From assembly GCF_006345805.1 (NCBI RefSeq), contig NC_043011.1, forward strand, positions 26,238,464 to 26,302,463: a stretch of 64,000 nucleotides of DNA, read 5' to 3'. A program made the position numbers and the translations under genes. Positions 36,250-47,439 of the stretch are shown here, in pieces. Source of the DNA: Octopus sinensis. Lineage: Eukaryota. Every line of letters starts with the position of its first letter. Position 1 is the stretch's first letter. The notes under the pieces were generated by a model. The model worked only from the letters and a program-made list of their open reading frames with translations. It had not been told where the DNA came from and did not search any database.

Positions 36250-37880
36250 AATCAAAAATCAAAAATACAAAATATATACTCTATCCATATGGTATATTTA
36301 TATTCGACATTTTAAATTTAGCCGCGTGCCTACATAAGTCATTAACTCACTTCTTTGATTCAAAGAATTATTGTCTTTGAATAATAAGATGTGCATTTTT
36401 TCTAATAGGCAGAGTCTGCACTTGAAATTATATTGTAAGCTCCATGCCTGTATGGTGCCGCCCTGTCCAGAATGCTCCATGTCACGTTGAAAGGTGGGAC
36501 TTCCTTTTCTTTTAGTTCCCAGACATATTTTGCTAGGCTGGTTTTCTTCCTTTCTCTGGGTATTTAAAGAATTCTTATGAGAATAAAATCTTGTTTTAAA
36601 TGAATTTTCTGAAGCCCCTGTGTATGTCTTGTATTCCGATGAGCCTTCCACTTGCACTTGGCTCTATAAACTACTCCTTTCACTAGACATTTCCCTTCTA
36701 ACGGACAGGAGCTTTCGTTTTTGAAATTACATTTCTTAATGGGCTCGGCACCATGTCTAATCTCAATTAGCTTCCTATTATGTTGGCTAATGTAAGAGGC
36801 GAAATTTCTGCAACAAGAATAGCTAACCTTCAGGGTTCTTCTATGAAATATTCTGTAGAATTTATGACCCTGCTTAAAATGCTTAGAGACTAATCTCAAA
36901 AATTCCTTACCTATATTAGACTTTACGGCCAAATTGAAAGCCGGGTTGAACCACAAAACTTTCCTGGTCCTAGTTCTTCGTGCAGCATTATTATTAGCAT
37001 TAAGCTGGTTGAACTGGATCTTCTCCGAGAATCCACTATTCTTTAATGCGCTATCGTAATAAGGTGCAGCATTATGGAATGCTGCCTCGTCCGAAGAAAT
37101 TGAAGATATTCTTCTACCTACATTGCTGACTAAGTGCTAAGGATAACTGGTGGATGGTTCGAATCTTTGCTAATATACGATAGCTTTTCATTGGCTTACG
37201 TTTAAATCTATCCGATCTTACATTAAAATTTACGTCTAAAAAATCTACACTATTCAGGTTAGCATCTATCGTAATCCGTAAGCCCATCCTTTGAAAGAAA
37301 GCTATAAGGTCCTTCCTAAGTCTATCTGATTCATGGCCGTTTAGATTATGCGGGCTATAAGGCCGTCATCCCTATATAAACCTGCATCTATAAATGGGAA
37401 TTCTATTTTTAGATTATGGAGAATAAAGGCTCCTATGAGCATACATAATTCAACCCCGTCGTATGCCCCCATCGGTACATCGAAAAGAGAATCCTCAGTC
37501 TTCTTAATCCAGGTGGAATCCTCGAAAAAAGAAGCGATTCCTCGCATGCATAATAATTTCAATTTCCGAGCTATCGATGTTGACATACTGCTTGGCGAAG
37601 TCCAATGCCCTTAGGAGCATGTCCTAGATATCGACGGGTAAAAGTCAATAATGTCGAATTGTGTGAAACTACAATTATTCTTATAGCTAATACCTTTAAA
37701 CCACTCTATAACTGACTTACTATTCTTCCAAATTCTCAAGTCTACTTCACTATCTAACTTAACTAAAATACGGTCCAAAATATTTTTGCTAATAATTCCT
37801 ATCTCAGTTTTAGCCGGATTTATCAATCTACATTTGGGGTTTCTACTAAAATTGTCTTTATAAATTTTAGCAAAAAGGCA
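36250..37880 (-). mobile_element. Decayed Nematis-like Penelope-like element (RT + GIY-YIG)
   Basis: CRLINPAKTEIG, FDIIDFYPSIS, FDVPMGAYDG, GLYRDDGL, WFNPAFN..KSNIGKEFL, KGVVYRAK..YTGASENSFKTRFYSHKNS, CRLCLLEKMHILL; frameshifted. Confidence 0.92.
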
Positions 37881-38159
37881 ACAAACGGAAATATTACAAA
37901 AATAAAACAGAGAATTCGTGGTTTATTCCTCATCACTTAATGTCTAAAAGATCATTACAATTGATTATATAGCTGCATGTTATAGATAAGTAAATAACAT
38001 ACTTCTTTCGTTCAGTTTGCATCAAAAGAGTGACAATAATGTAAATGAAATGGTCTTAATTTCTTTTACTACACATAAACGTAGATAGGATAACGGTATT
38101 CATGATGATATTGTGTTTAGTAACAAATACTAACTGTATTAAAAATGATCGAAGTGTGT

Positions 38160-38187
38160 ATCTATCTATCTATCATCTATCTATCTC

Positions 38188-38227
<40 letters not shown>

Positions 38228-38283
38228 CCTATCTATCTATCTATCTATCTATCTACCTATCTACCTATCTACCTACCTACTAC

Positions 38284-38319
<36 letters not shown>

Positions 38320-38320
38320 A
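38160..38320. repeat. (TATC)n/(TACC)n microsatellite
   Basis: Direct reading. Confidence 0.95.
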
Positions 38321-38639
38321 TATATATATATATTATATATATATATACACGCGCGTGTATATATATATATATATACACGCGCGTGCGCGCACACGTACGC
38401 ACATATTAAAATTTATTGGCAGTCATTTTTTATTGCATTACAAATGTACATTCTTTTAGCATTATTGCATTTCGTCATTTAGCTCATTTTACGTTTACCA
38501 CTATTAACGTTCGAAGCTTCCTTCATGTTGCATGTCCTGCTAGCGTTCTTCCCACGTGCATGTCACATCTATACTTAAGCATATACACTATAGAAACATA
38601 TGATACAATGATATCAAATCAATGTCAAACATGCTTTAA

Positions 38640-38815
38640 GATTTAAAGTCATCGGGTTTGCATTCTTTCGGGATTCCGGGAAGACGATTCGTCAAGCGGA
38701 GGATCATAGAGCGGCCGGGATCCTTTATCAGCGGAAGCGGACGCTGCAAGTTTTGCATAGCTGAGCGAGCAAGGATTCTCAAAGACTACCTGGAACCAGA
38801 ATTACTAAATTTATA
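38640..38815 (+). mobile_element. Penelope GIY-YIG C-terminal fragment
   Basis: SGSGRCKFCIAERARILKDYLEPELLN resembles C.LC..EK..IL....LLN. Confidence 0.55.
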
Positions 38816-39254
38816 GTCCCTGTCCCCATTTCAAACGCTACCTGCTGCAAATATGGGATTCTCCATTCATCGATTAGATCTGAAAAAGCAACTGTCCGTT
38901 CGCCTTTTTAGCCCATATGGGCTACGAACTTAAATGGTCTGAGGGAGATAACCTATCTTCACCGACCTGCAAGCTTTATTCTCTGGTTTATTTTTTGTTC
39001 ACTAACTGACCGTAACAGATTTCTACCTCCACAATTTGAAGAGGTATATGCTCTCCGCCATTAGGCTCTAAGAACCGGCCATAAAGCTCAGCACTTTGTG
39101 AAACCATTGGTCACTCTATGACCGGACATATACTTTACTGCATATAAATACAATACTGCTCTATGCTTTGGAGTGTGCTTCTTTTCAGATATATGATATA
39201 CCGACGATATATATATATACTGACGATATATATATATATATAATTATATATATA

Positions 39255-39303
<49 letters not shown>

Positions 39304-40971
39304 CATACATACATACATACATACATTACATACATAATACATACATACATACATACATACATACATGCATAAATACATATTTATAAAGATTTTAGACCCC
39401 TGTTTCCTACTACAGCGTGGCACTGCGAAGATTGAAAAAAATGGATAAATCGCTATGTTTTAGAAAATTAAGATGGTTTTAAACTTGTCCAACACCGTAG
39501 AGAAGAAAGAAGAATTATATGAATGTAAACTTTATTCTACCTTTTCATTATTATGGGATAGGAAAGGGCGGCGAGCTGGCAGAATCTATAAAGCATCGGG
39601 GAAAATTCCTTGTATTTGTTCTGTCTTTTTACGGTTTGGTGATCAACTTTGCGTTTTAGTCCTTCAGGATTGATAAAATAAACCACCAGTCCACTGTGGT
39701 CGATAAAATCGACTAATTCTTTCCCTCAAAATTCAGACGCTATCATATATAATATACTTGATACAAGTAAACATGTCTAATCATTCATATACAAGTATAT
39801 GTATTTAGTCTTAGGTTAACATTGTTTATCATGGTAAAAAAAAAAATGAAAGTTAAATGTCCTAAAGAATTGAAAGTAAATTGCGATAGAAACCGGAAGA
39901 GATGGCCGTGACATCGGTCTGAGACCTCAGTCAAGCAGTATTTTCCTCTACCCCAGCACCAAACACACAATTTTCTACATACCGCTGGCTTCAGTTAGAT
40001 ATCTCTGATGTATGTATTTGGATTTGTCTATTTCCAACAGTGATGGAACATCCTGCATGATGCAATCCACCGAGTTTCTTTGGACGACTTTCCAAGTGCT
40101 GCTCACATACATCTCAGGAAATTGCACGAATCAATCACTGTTCAAAAATCATTTCGTTCAGCCGATAGTCTCTTCAATTATTTGAATTATTACTGGTAGT
40201 GTGAGATGTCTTTTGTCATAACGAGGAAGTTCTTTATATTCTTTTATGAAATTTTAGCATGTTACTGTCGTCACTTCCGGTTTGTAGCCAAATTTACTTC
40301 CATTTTTTAAAGACAATTTACATTCACTTTTTTACGACTGTAAACTGCTTGTTAACCTAGTCTTAGTCGAAAATGATAACGAGGTTATAACCCCTAAATC
40401 AGATAGTGGCAACCTGCAGCACACAGATGACATGCGGTTCTTTATGGCATTTCTTAAGGGACGAGTTTTAACACGATTACATAATCATCATATCGTTTTA
40501 GTAAACTTTGTAACATGATCTTTAGGTTTGACTCTGGTAATTTGAACAATTTCTTTTCATTTTTCTTATCTCATTTTTCTCAGTGAAACGATGGTGGTGA
40601 AGATTTCACAATAGATTTACTTGAAGAAATTACGTGCTTCTTCATTAGATAATTCGAAATACTGAATACTACTTAACAATCTTTTTATTCAAAGGTTTAA
40701 CAGGAGGAAAGAGTATCACATATGACCTTCAGGTGGGTAGTTTCAGATGAAGATGGTGAGATTCATACGTTTGATGTTCTGTTTAAACATCTGTTAGTTC
40801 AAGAAAAACGTAACCGAGAGGAAATTACATATGGAGAATAGAAAGAGTGATGACCTTACAGAACGTCTGTGGTCAGAGGTCGTTATAAGTTAGCGACTGG
40901 TAATTTGTCAATTAACTGGATGACCTTCTTTATAGGATGTGTGTGTGTGTATGCTTGCCTGTGTGTACGAG

Positions 40972-40991
40972 AGAGAGAGAAGGGGAGAGAG

Positions 40992-41069
<78 letters not shown>

Positions 41070-41070
41070 C
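40972..41070. repeat. (AG)n microsatellite
   Basis: Direct reading. Confidence 0.95.
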
Positions 41071-41250
41071 AGAAAAGAAGCAGGAACGAACTTTGTCTCT
41101 TTATATAAAATCTTTCTTATTGTGTACTGATACCTCGTTTTGTTTTTGTATCAATTGAATTTTCCTATCATTTCTTAACTCTTCTTCATCAATCCCTAAA
41201 CAAATTATCAATATACAAATTACCTGATCTTTTAGTACTTATATAGGAGG

Positions 41251-41641
41251 GTGGAGGCGCAATGGCCCAGTGGTTAGGGCAGCGGACTCGCGGTCATAGG
41301 ATCGTGGTTTCGATTCCCAGACCGGGCATTGTGAGTGTTTATTGAGCGAAAACACCTAAAAGCTCCACGAGGCTCCGGCAGGGATAGTGGTGATCCCTGC
41401 TGTACTCTTTCACCACAACTTTCTCTCACTCTTACTTCCTGTTTCTGTTGTACCTGTATTTCAAAGGGCCGGCCTTGTCACTTTCTGTCTCACGCTGAAT
41501 ATCCCCGAGAACTACGTTAAGGGTACACGTGTCTGTAGAGTGCTCAGCCACTTACACGTTAATTTCACGAGCAGGCTGTTCCGTTGATTCGGATCAACCG
41601 GAACCCTCGTCGTCGTAACCGACGGAGTGCTTCCATCGACC
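41251..41641 (+). mobile_element. Full-length SINE S1 (tail variant B) with 10-bp TSD
   Basis: ATATAGGAGG at 41241-41250 and 41642-41651; A box TGGCCCAGTGG, B box GTTTCGATTCC. Confidence 0.92.
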
Positions 41642-41789
41642 ATATAGGAGGATTTTCATTAATCATCTCTTCATTATTTCAAACAATCATTTAGGACTAA
41701 TTCCTTATGTTTTTAGAACCTCAAGACCTTTTGCTATATCATTTTGCCTTTGTGATTAAGATTGATAATATCTTCCTACCAAAACAATA

Positions 41790-42006
41790 TACGAGGGGAT
41801 GCTGAAAAGTTCCTTACTTTAAGGGTATCGAGAATGGCCTGGTTGGAGGCCCAACCTTCCAAGATCTTTTACAGGGCTAAGAAAAACTGAAGGACCACTG
41901 TAATAAGTGTGTGAATCTGAGAGGGGAATATTTTGAATAAAATCATAATTAACTGATTCTCCTGTATTTTCTTTTACCCAAAGCCAGGAACTTTTCAGCA
42001 CTTCAT
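41790..42006 (+). mobile_element. Mariner-derived MITE (~215 bp)
   Basis: TIRs TACGAGGGGATGCTGAAAAGTTCCT / AGGAACTTTTCAGCACTTCAT; retains transposase end KCVNLRGEYFE*. Confidence 0.85.
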
Positions 42007-42909
42007 TGAATGTTCATTTCTATCTTCCTTACATCCTCGAATTGAAATTAGAGGGACAGACGTAGAAGATCGTTCTTCAGCCAAATCATAGATTTGATGG
42101 ACAGACGGATGGCATACCATCCGTTTCTACTCTTCTAATCAAGAAGACATAAAGTCGGACGTCGCTTTACGGAATCTGTCACGTGACAATAAAGGATTTT
42201 TTTACGACATTATTAATAAAAGACCAGCTATTTTGACCCTTGCTTCTCTCGGGTTTTGGTGGTGGTGTTGTTTTGTGGGTGTTGTCTCCTTTTCCCTTTC
42301 TTCTTTTGTTCGTCTTCTTTGCCTTCCCCATATTCCTCACCATGACAGCCAAACGGTAGTCCCGAGCGACTTGCAACCCTCCTCAAACCATTGCCCACCC
42401 CATTTTAACCCCCAGTGTAAAATTTGGCGCCAATCCGGAACCATTCCCATCCCAAAATGAGACAAATGACCAAGAAATCAAACAACTTTTTCGCATTTCA
42501 GCTTTATAGATATTGGTGAATGATGGCGGCAACACAGACAGCTATAGGCACAAGAATACACAATAAGAATAATAAGAATTTCTAGGTGTTGCAGCTGTCT
42601 GTTCTATCAGTGAATCATACACACACACACACACTGGAACTGGTGGTGCGTTGTGTTTTTGAGCCAATCACACTTCATCTCGCGTCGCTCAGCGATCACT
42701 TCGACACCTGACGCGTGGCACACATTTCACCTGTTCAGACAACGTCGATTTAATGAAGAGAATGAGCCAATGTGCGGCACGAACACTATAAACAAATCAT
42801 TTGTGCGGATCGTTTGGCAAAAAAGGTGAACGTTCATATGTCGTCTTCAAAGTGAGAGTCCATCTCTCACACACACATACATATATGTATATATATATAT
42901 ATTATATGC

Positions 42910-43001
<92 letters not shown>

Positions 43002-43011
43002 ATATATATAT

Positions 43012-43143
43012 ATGGTTCCGGGTTCAGTCTCACTAAGTGGCACCTTGGGCAAGTGTCTTTTATTTTAGCCTCGGGCCGACCAAATACTTGTGAGTGTATT
43101 TGGTAGACGTCCGTCGTATGTAGATGTGTGTGTGTGTGTGTGT

Positions 43144-43198
<55 letters not shown>

Positions 43199-43408
43199 AG
43201 TGTTTGTCCCCACTTCACCGCTTGACAACTAGTGTTGGTGTGTTTACGTCTCCGTAACCTAGCAGTTTGATAAAATAACCCGATAGAAAAAGTACCAAGG
43301 TTAAAAAAAGAAGTCTTGGGGTCGATTTGTTCGACTAAAACCCTTCAAGGCGGTGCTCCAGCACGGCCGCAGTCAAATGACTGAAACAAGCAAAAGAATA
43401 AGAGAATA
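43012..43408 (+). mobile_element. SINE family S2, 5'-clipped
   Basis: Core, (TG)n and tail. Confidence 0.82.
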
Positions 43409-43699
43409 TATAAAGGGTCAACACACATTCCATATCTTGGTATTTTTTAAAATCAAATGTTAAGTTTGTAATTCACCTGAAGAAAACAGGTTTTCTTCAT
43501 AATGTAATTAGTTTATTCATAACCTCCACCTAACCCACCCCACAAAAACCGTGTCTAAAACAGCTGTATTGAGCTTTAACTAATTTGTGCTCTTTCTTTA
43601 CACATACATACATGCATACATACATACATACATACATACATACATACATACATACATACATACATACATACATACATACATACATACAGACATACATAC

Positions 43700-44325
43700 C
43701 TCAAAGAAGACCTGGATGGAAACCATTCAGTATACAAAAAAAATTATGCATGGGTATGTTGACCGGAAGCTTGTAGAAGACAGCAGAATTAGCACGAAGC
43801 GCAGCCTCTCTTGGACACAAGACGACTACATCACATCACACTTTGAGGGCCAAGCGTCTGCAATCCAGGAACAGATTGCCACAAAGTACCTGGTGAACAA
43901 GAGAGACAGTGACGCTCTTGTAATCCCAAGGTGCAACCGCATGTGTAATCTATGTCATGTTTCTGTGGAAGACATCACGCATGTAATTAGCTGCTGTCCT
44001 AAAATGTCGTCACGGTACTACCTCTATGCTGCACAATGTTGTTGCTAAGACAATTTACAATGCCGTCCGCAAAAAAGACTGTCCTGAAATAAACTTAGAA
44101 AACCCCTCTGTTATGGAATACGTTCATAAACACCAACTCAAGGAATACTGGTGGAATATTCCCATCAAAACTTCTGAAAAAATGTAAATATAACAGACAG
44201 GATATTGTTGTTTGGGACAGAGGGGCAAAGGCATGTACCATCAAAGAGGTCAGCTGCCCGACAGATATAAATACCTCTTTGAAAATCAAAGAAAAAGAGG
44301 ATATCTATGGACAACAGCTTTGAAA
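43700..44325 (+). mobile_element. R4-clade-like non-LTR retrotransposon 3' fragment (CCHC finger + restriction-like endonuclease)
   Basis: FEGQASAIQEQIATK, CNLCHVSVEDITHVISCC (CX2CX8HX4C), HNVVAK, NRQDIVVWD..EVSCPTD..KIKEKEDIY; flanked by (TACA)n and (CA)n. Confidence 0.8.
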
Positions 44326-44369
44326 CACACACACACAAACACAGACAGACACACACACACACACACACA

Positions 44370-44411
<42 letters not shown>

Positions 44412-44596
44412 CTGAATGTACATATATGAATCTATGTGCGTATTCGTCAGTGTATCTGTATATGTATTTCTTTACCTTTTTTTTTTATATTTCTTTACTT
44501 ATCTGAATATGATTTTGCGTGACCAGAGAAAGAAAATAATAACAATAATAATAAACAAACACACTTTGTGGGTGAGTGGTGATAATTCATTAAAGA

Positions 44597-44602
44597 TTTA
44601 TT
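44597..44602 (-). terminator. Candidate polyadenylation signal of the DUF885 gene
   Basis: AATAAA on minus strand ~65 nt after the stop. Confidence 0.4.
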
Positions 44603-44665
44603 AAATAAATAGAATAATATTTCAATGCGAAATGGTATTTTAGTTTTGATATTTCTTCAGTTTCG

Positions 44666-44913
44666 TCAAAGAATGTTCAGTGGAAGGTAAATGTGTGAAT
44701 ATGACGTCAGTAAAACACTTGTGAAGATGGTGGACATTACAGTGAAAGATGATCGTCTGCTCAACCACTTTACAGTGGCGCCACCTGAATGATCGGCTGC
44801 AGATTGCTTCACTTTGTCGATCCATTCTAAGATGACTTCTTCCAATAAAGCCAGCGATATTCGACCGTTTTTTAAAATTTGATGGTGGAAGTCTTTGATA
44901 TTAAATAAATTAC
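44666..44913 (-). CDS. DUF885-family protein, last exon with hydrophobic C-terminal tail
   Basis: poly-T aacacag acceptor; GNLFNIKDFHHQILKNGRISLALLEEVILEWIDK (family F.I.DFH..IL..G...L..LE..I..WI) then SAADHSGGAT..FTVMSTIFTSVLLTSYSHIYLPLNIL*; TGA at 44668-44666. Confidence 0.93.
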
Positions 44914-45033
44914 CTGTGTTAAAAAAAAAAGAAAATAAATAAAACAAATGAATTTTGTATCATACATACATACATACATACATACATCGAAATCTTCACC
45001 AAGGACCAAGTCCGTAGGGTAAACAGTGGCTAT

Positions 45034-45248
45034 AAGAGGAATCCAAGTGAGCAGATATGGAGATAATGATGCAAATAAACAAATGGAACCGCTAGTGCTA
45101 GATATACAATATATACATATATACATTTACATGTATATATCTATATACATTTCATATATCATGTATATCTGTCTGTATATCGAGCCCAGGCGGTTTTATT
45201 TGTTTATTTGCACCATTATCTCCATATCTCCTCATCCGGATTCCTCTT
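45034..45248. mobile_element. Fold-back/MITE-like element with ~75-bp imperfect inverted arms
   Basis: AAGAGGAATCC..AGATATGGAGATAATG.TGCAAATAAACAAAT mirrored on both sides. Confidence 0.7.
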
Positions 45249-45392
45249 CTTGTGTGTGTGTTTGTGTGAGCGCACAAATAAAGTAGAAAACTGGATTCAG
45301 AGGAATCAAGCAGAATCTACTATCAGTTCACATAGAAATTAAATTACGAATACAAATACGCAATCAGTAAATATTTCCACGAGGTGTGAATA

Positions 45393-45787
45393 TCTTTATA
45401 TATAAAAGAGAGGTTGTGTGTCTGTCTCCTACGATTTAGATTCCTAACTACTCCCACATTTTGCGGTGCAGTTTAACCAAAACCGGGTATCTTATAGTCG
45501 TGATTCATATCGAGCCCTTCTGGGTATTAGCGCGAGTCTACGATGAGTCTACGATTAAAAAAAAAATTACCATAATTTTTTCCCATTTTAATGCATTTTT
45601 CGCTATTATATAAGGGAAGTAACTCTCTAAAAATGTCTACGATGAGTCAACGATTAAAAAAAAAATTACCATAATTTTTTTTCCATTTTTAATGCATTTG
45701 TTTCCTAATTTTTGGCTACAACTCTCTAAAAATGCTTATATAGTTATTTCCCTTACAAACCCGAGCAACGCCGGGCGATACTGCTAG
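45393..45787 (+). mobile_element. Non-autonomous Helitron-like element, family HB
   Basis: A|TCTTTATATATAAAAG start; CCCGAGCAACGCCGGGCGATACTGCTAG|T end; ~100-bp internal sub-repeat. Confidence 0.85.
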
Positions 45788-46127
45788 TAATTAATAAGTA
45801 TGAGATGTCAATACAGACTTATTTATGAGTTGAATCTTGCATGAAACCAAAATGTTCCGATATACATGATCAGATAAGTTAATTTTCTCAATATATATAA
45901 ATACAAAATCGTATTATATAACGTTAAGCATTTATATTGATGTAGAATGTACGTATATAGTTTTGAGTGTTAAAATTAATAAAACTGCTGCTGCAGGTAT
46001 ATTTTGCTGGGAAGTGGATTCTTCCACTTCCCAGCAAAAGGAACGGTTGTGGATTTGAAATCTTTCCAGTACAATTACCAAACAGCCATTTTTTCACAAC
46101 CAGTAACAACTGTGTTGCATCACTCAC

Positions 46128-46297
46128 CTAAAGTTTTCTCAGCTATACTTCTTAATTCTTTAATTTTCAATTCTCCAATTTTATATGTACACGCCTGGCC
46201 CGGCCAAGTAATATATCGATCTACTTCTATCTCAACCTGCTGGATTGGAAATTCTGTGTAGTTCGTTATAAAATTGATTGCCTCTTCTCGTGTCCAT
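46128..46297 (-). CDS. DUF885-family protein, penultimate exon
   Basis: ctttcag acceptor, gtgagt donor; WTREEAINFITNYTEFPIQQVEIEVDRYITWPGQACTYKIGELKIKELRSIAEKTL(G), containing the EVDRY...PGQA..YK.G signature; phase 2-1. Confidence 0.95.
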
Positions 46298-46339
46298 CTG
46301 AAAGATCATAAAAAGCAGATGCTTGAATTCAAGATTGGT

Positions 46340-46670
46340 ACATACATACATACATACATACATACATACATACATACATACACATACATACATATACACA
46401 CACACACGTACACACATACGTACGTACATACATACATACACATACACACATACATACATACATACATACACATACACACGTACACCCATACATACATACA
46501 TACATACATACATACATACATACATACATACATACATACACATGAGCATGTCTAGATCGGTAACTATATGCATGAGAATACATACATAAAACATACATAC
46601 ATACATACATACATACATACATACATACATACATACATACATACATACATACATACATACATACATACAA
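46340..46670. repeat. (TACA)n/(CA)n compound microsatellite
   Basis: Direct reading. Confidence 0.95.
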
Positions 46671-47055
46671 AAATCCCCTATTGTTGATGTTGAAATTTCA
46701 ATGAAGGAAACTTGGATCTAGGTTAGAAACCGGTCCTTTCTCTATTGGCAAGAAACCTTGAAATAAAACTGAATCATGACATACATACATACAAATACAG
46801 GGCTGGACAAAATAATGGTTTCAAATTTTGGCACAACACCAGCAAGTTCGGAGGAGGAGATAACTCTATTACATTGACACCCGTTGTCTATCTGGTACTT
46901 ATTTTATCGACCCCGAAAGGCTGAAAAGACAAAGTCGATACATTTGTGTTGATCAGGGTATCCAACGTTTATGATTACGGCAACTCCTTTACTATTTTAT
47001 TGTTTTATTCATCGCTGTGTATCGCAGAATTTTTTATAACGAGTTCTTGGGTTAT

Positions 47056-47423
47056 GGATGGAAGCACTCCGTCGGTTACGACGATGAGGGTTCCGGTTGA
47101 TCCGAATCAACGGAACAGCCTGCTCGTGAAATTAACGTGTAAGTGGCTGAGCACTCCACAGACACGTGTACCCTTAACGTAGTTCTCGGGGATATTCAGC
47201 GTGACACAGAGAGTGACAAGGCCGGCCCTTTGAAATACAGGTACAACAGAAACAGGAAGTAAGAGTGAGAGAAAGTTGTGGTGAAAGAGTACAGCAGGGT
47301 TTGCCACCATCCCCTGCCGGAGCCTCGTGGAGCTTTAGGTGTTTTCGCTCAATAAACACTCACAACGCCCGGTCTGGGAATCGAAACCGCGATCCTATGA
47401 CCACTGGGCCATTGCGCCTCCAC
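47056..47423 (-). mobile_element. SINE S1 (tail B) with 11-bp TSD and a short deletion in the head
   Basis: TCTTGGGTTAT at 47045-47055 and 47424-47434; close reverse-complement match to 41251-41641. Confidence 0.92.
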
Positions 47424-47439
47424 TCTTGGGTTATAGTGG

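Noticed and set aside
38985-39120. TGAAGAG ... GAAACCATTGGTC as a hammerhead
   Set aside because: No stem I and no credible stem II pairing.
41253-41325. Functional tRNA genes at SINE heads (also 2208, 47423, 51775)
   Set aside because: A and B boxes are present but they continue into SINE bodies with TSDs and lack a complete cloverleaf.
42180-42540. Protein-like minus-strand reading, possibly retroelement ORF1
   Set aside because: No diagnostic motif could be identified; left unannotated.
46232-46670. Stack of 75-144 aa ORFs (YIHT/MYVC repeats), and similar ones at 38102, 42801, 50571, 61080
   Set aside because: Stop-free microsatellite translations.
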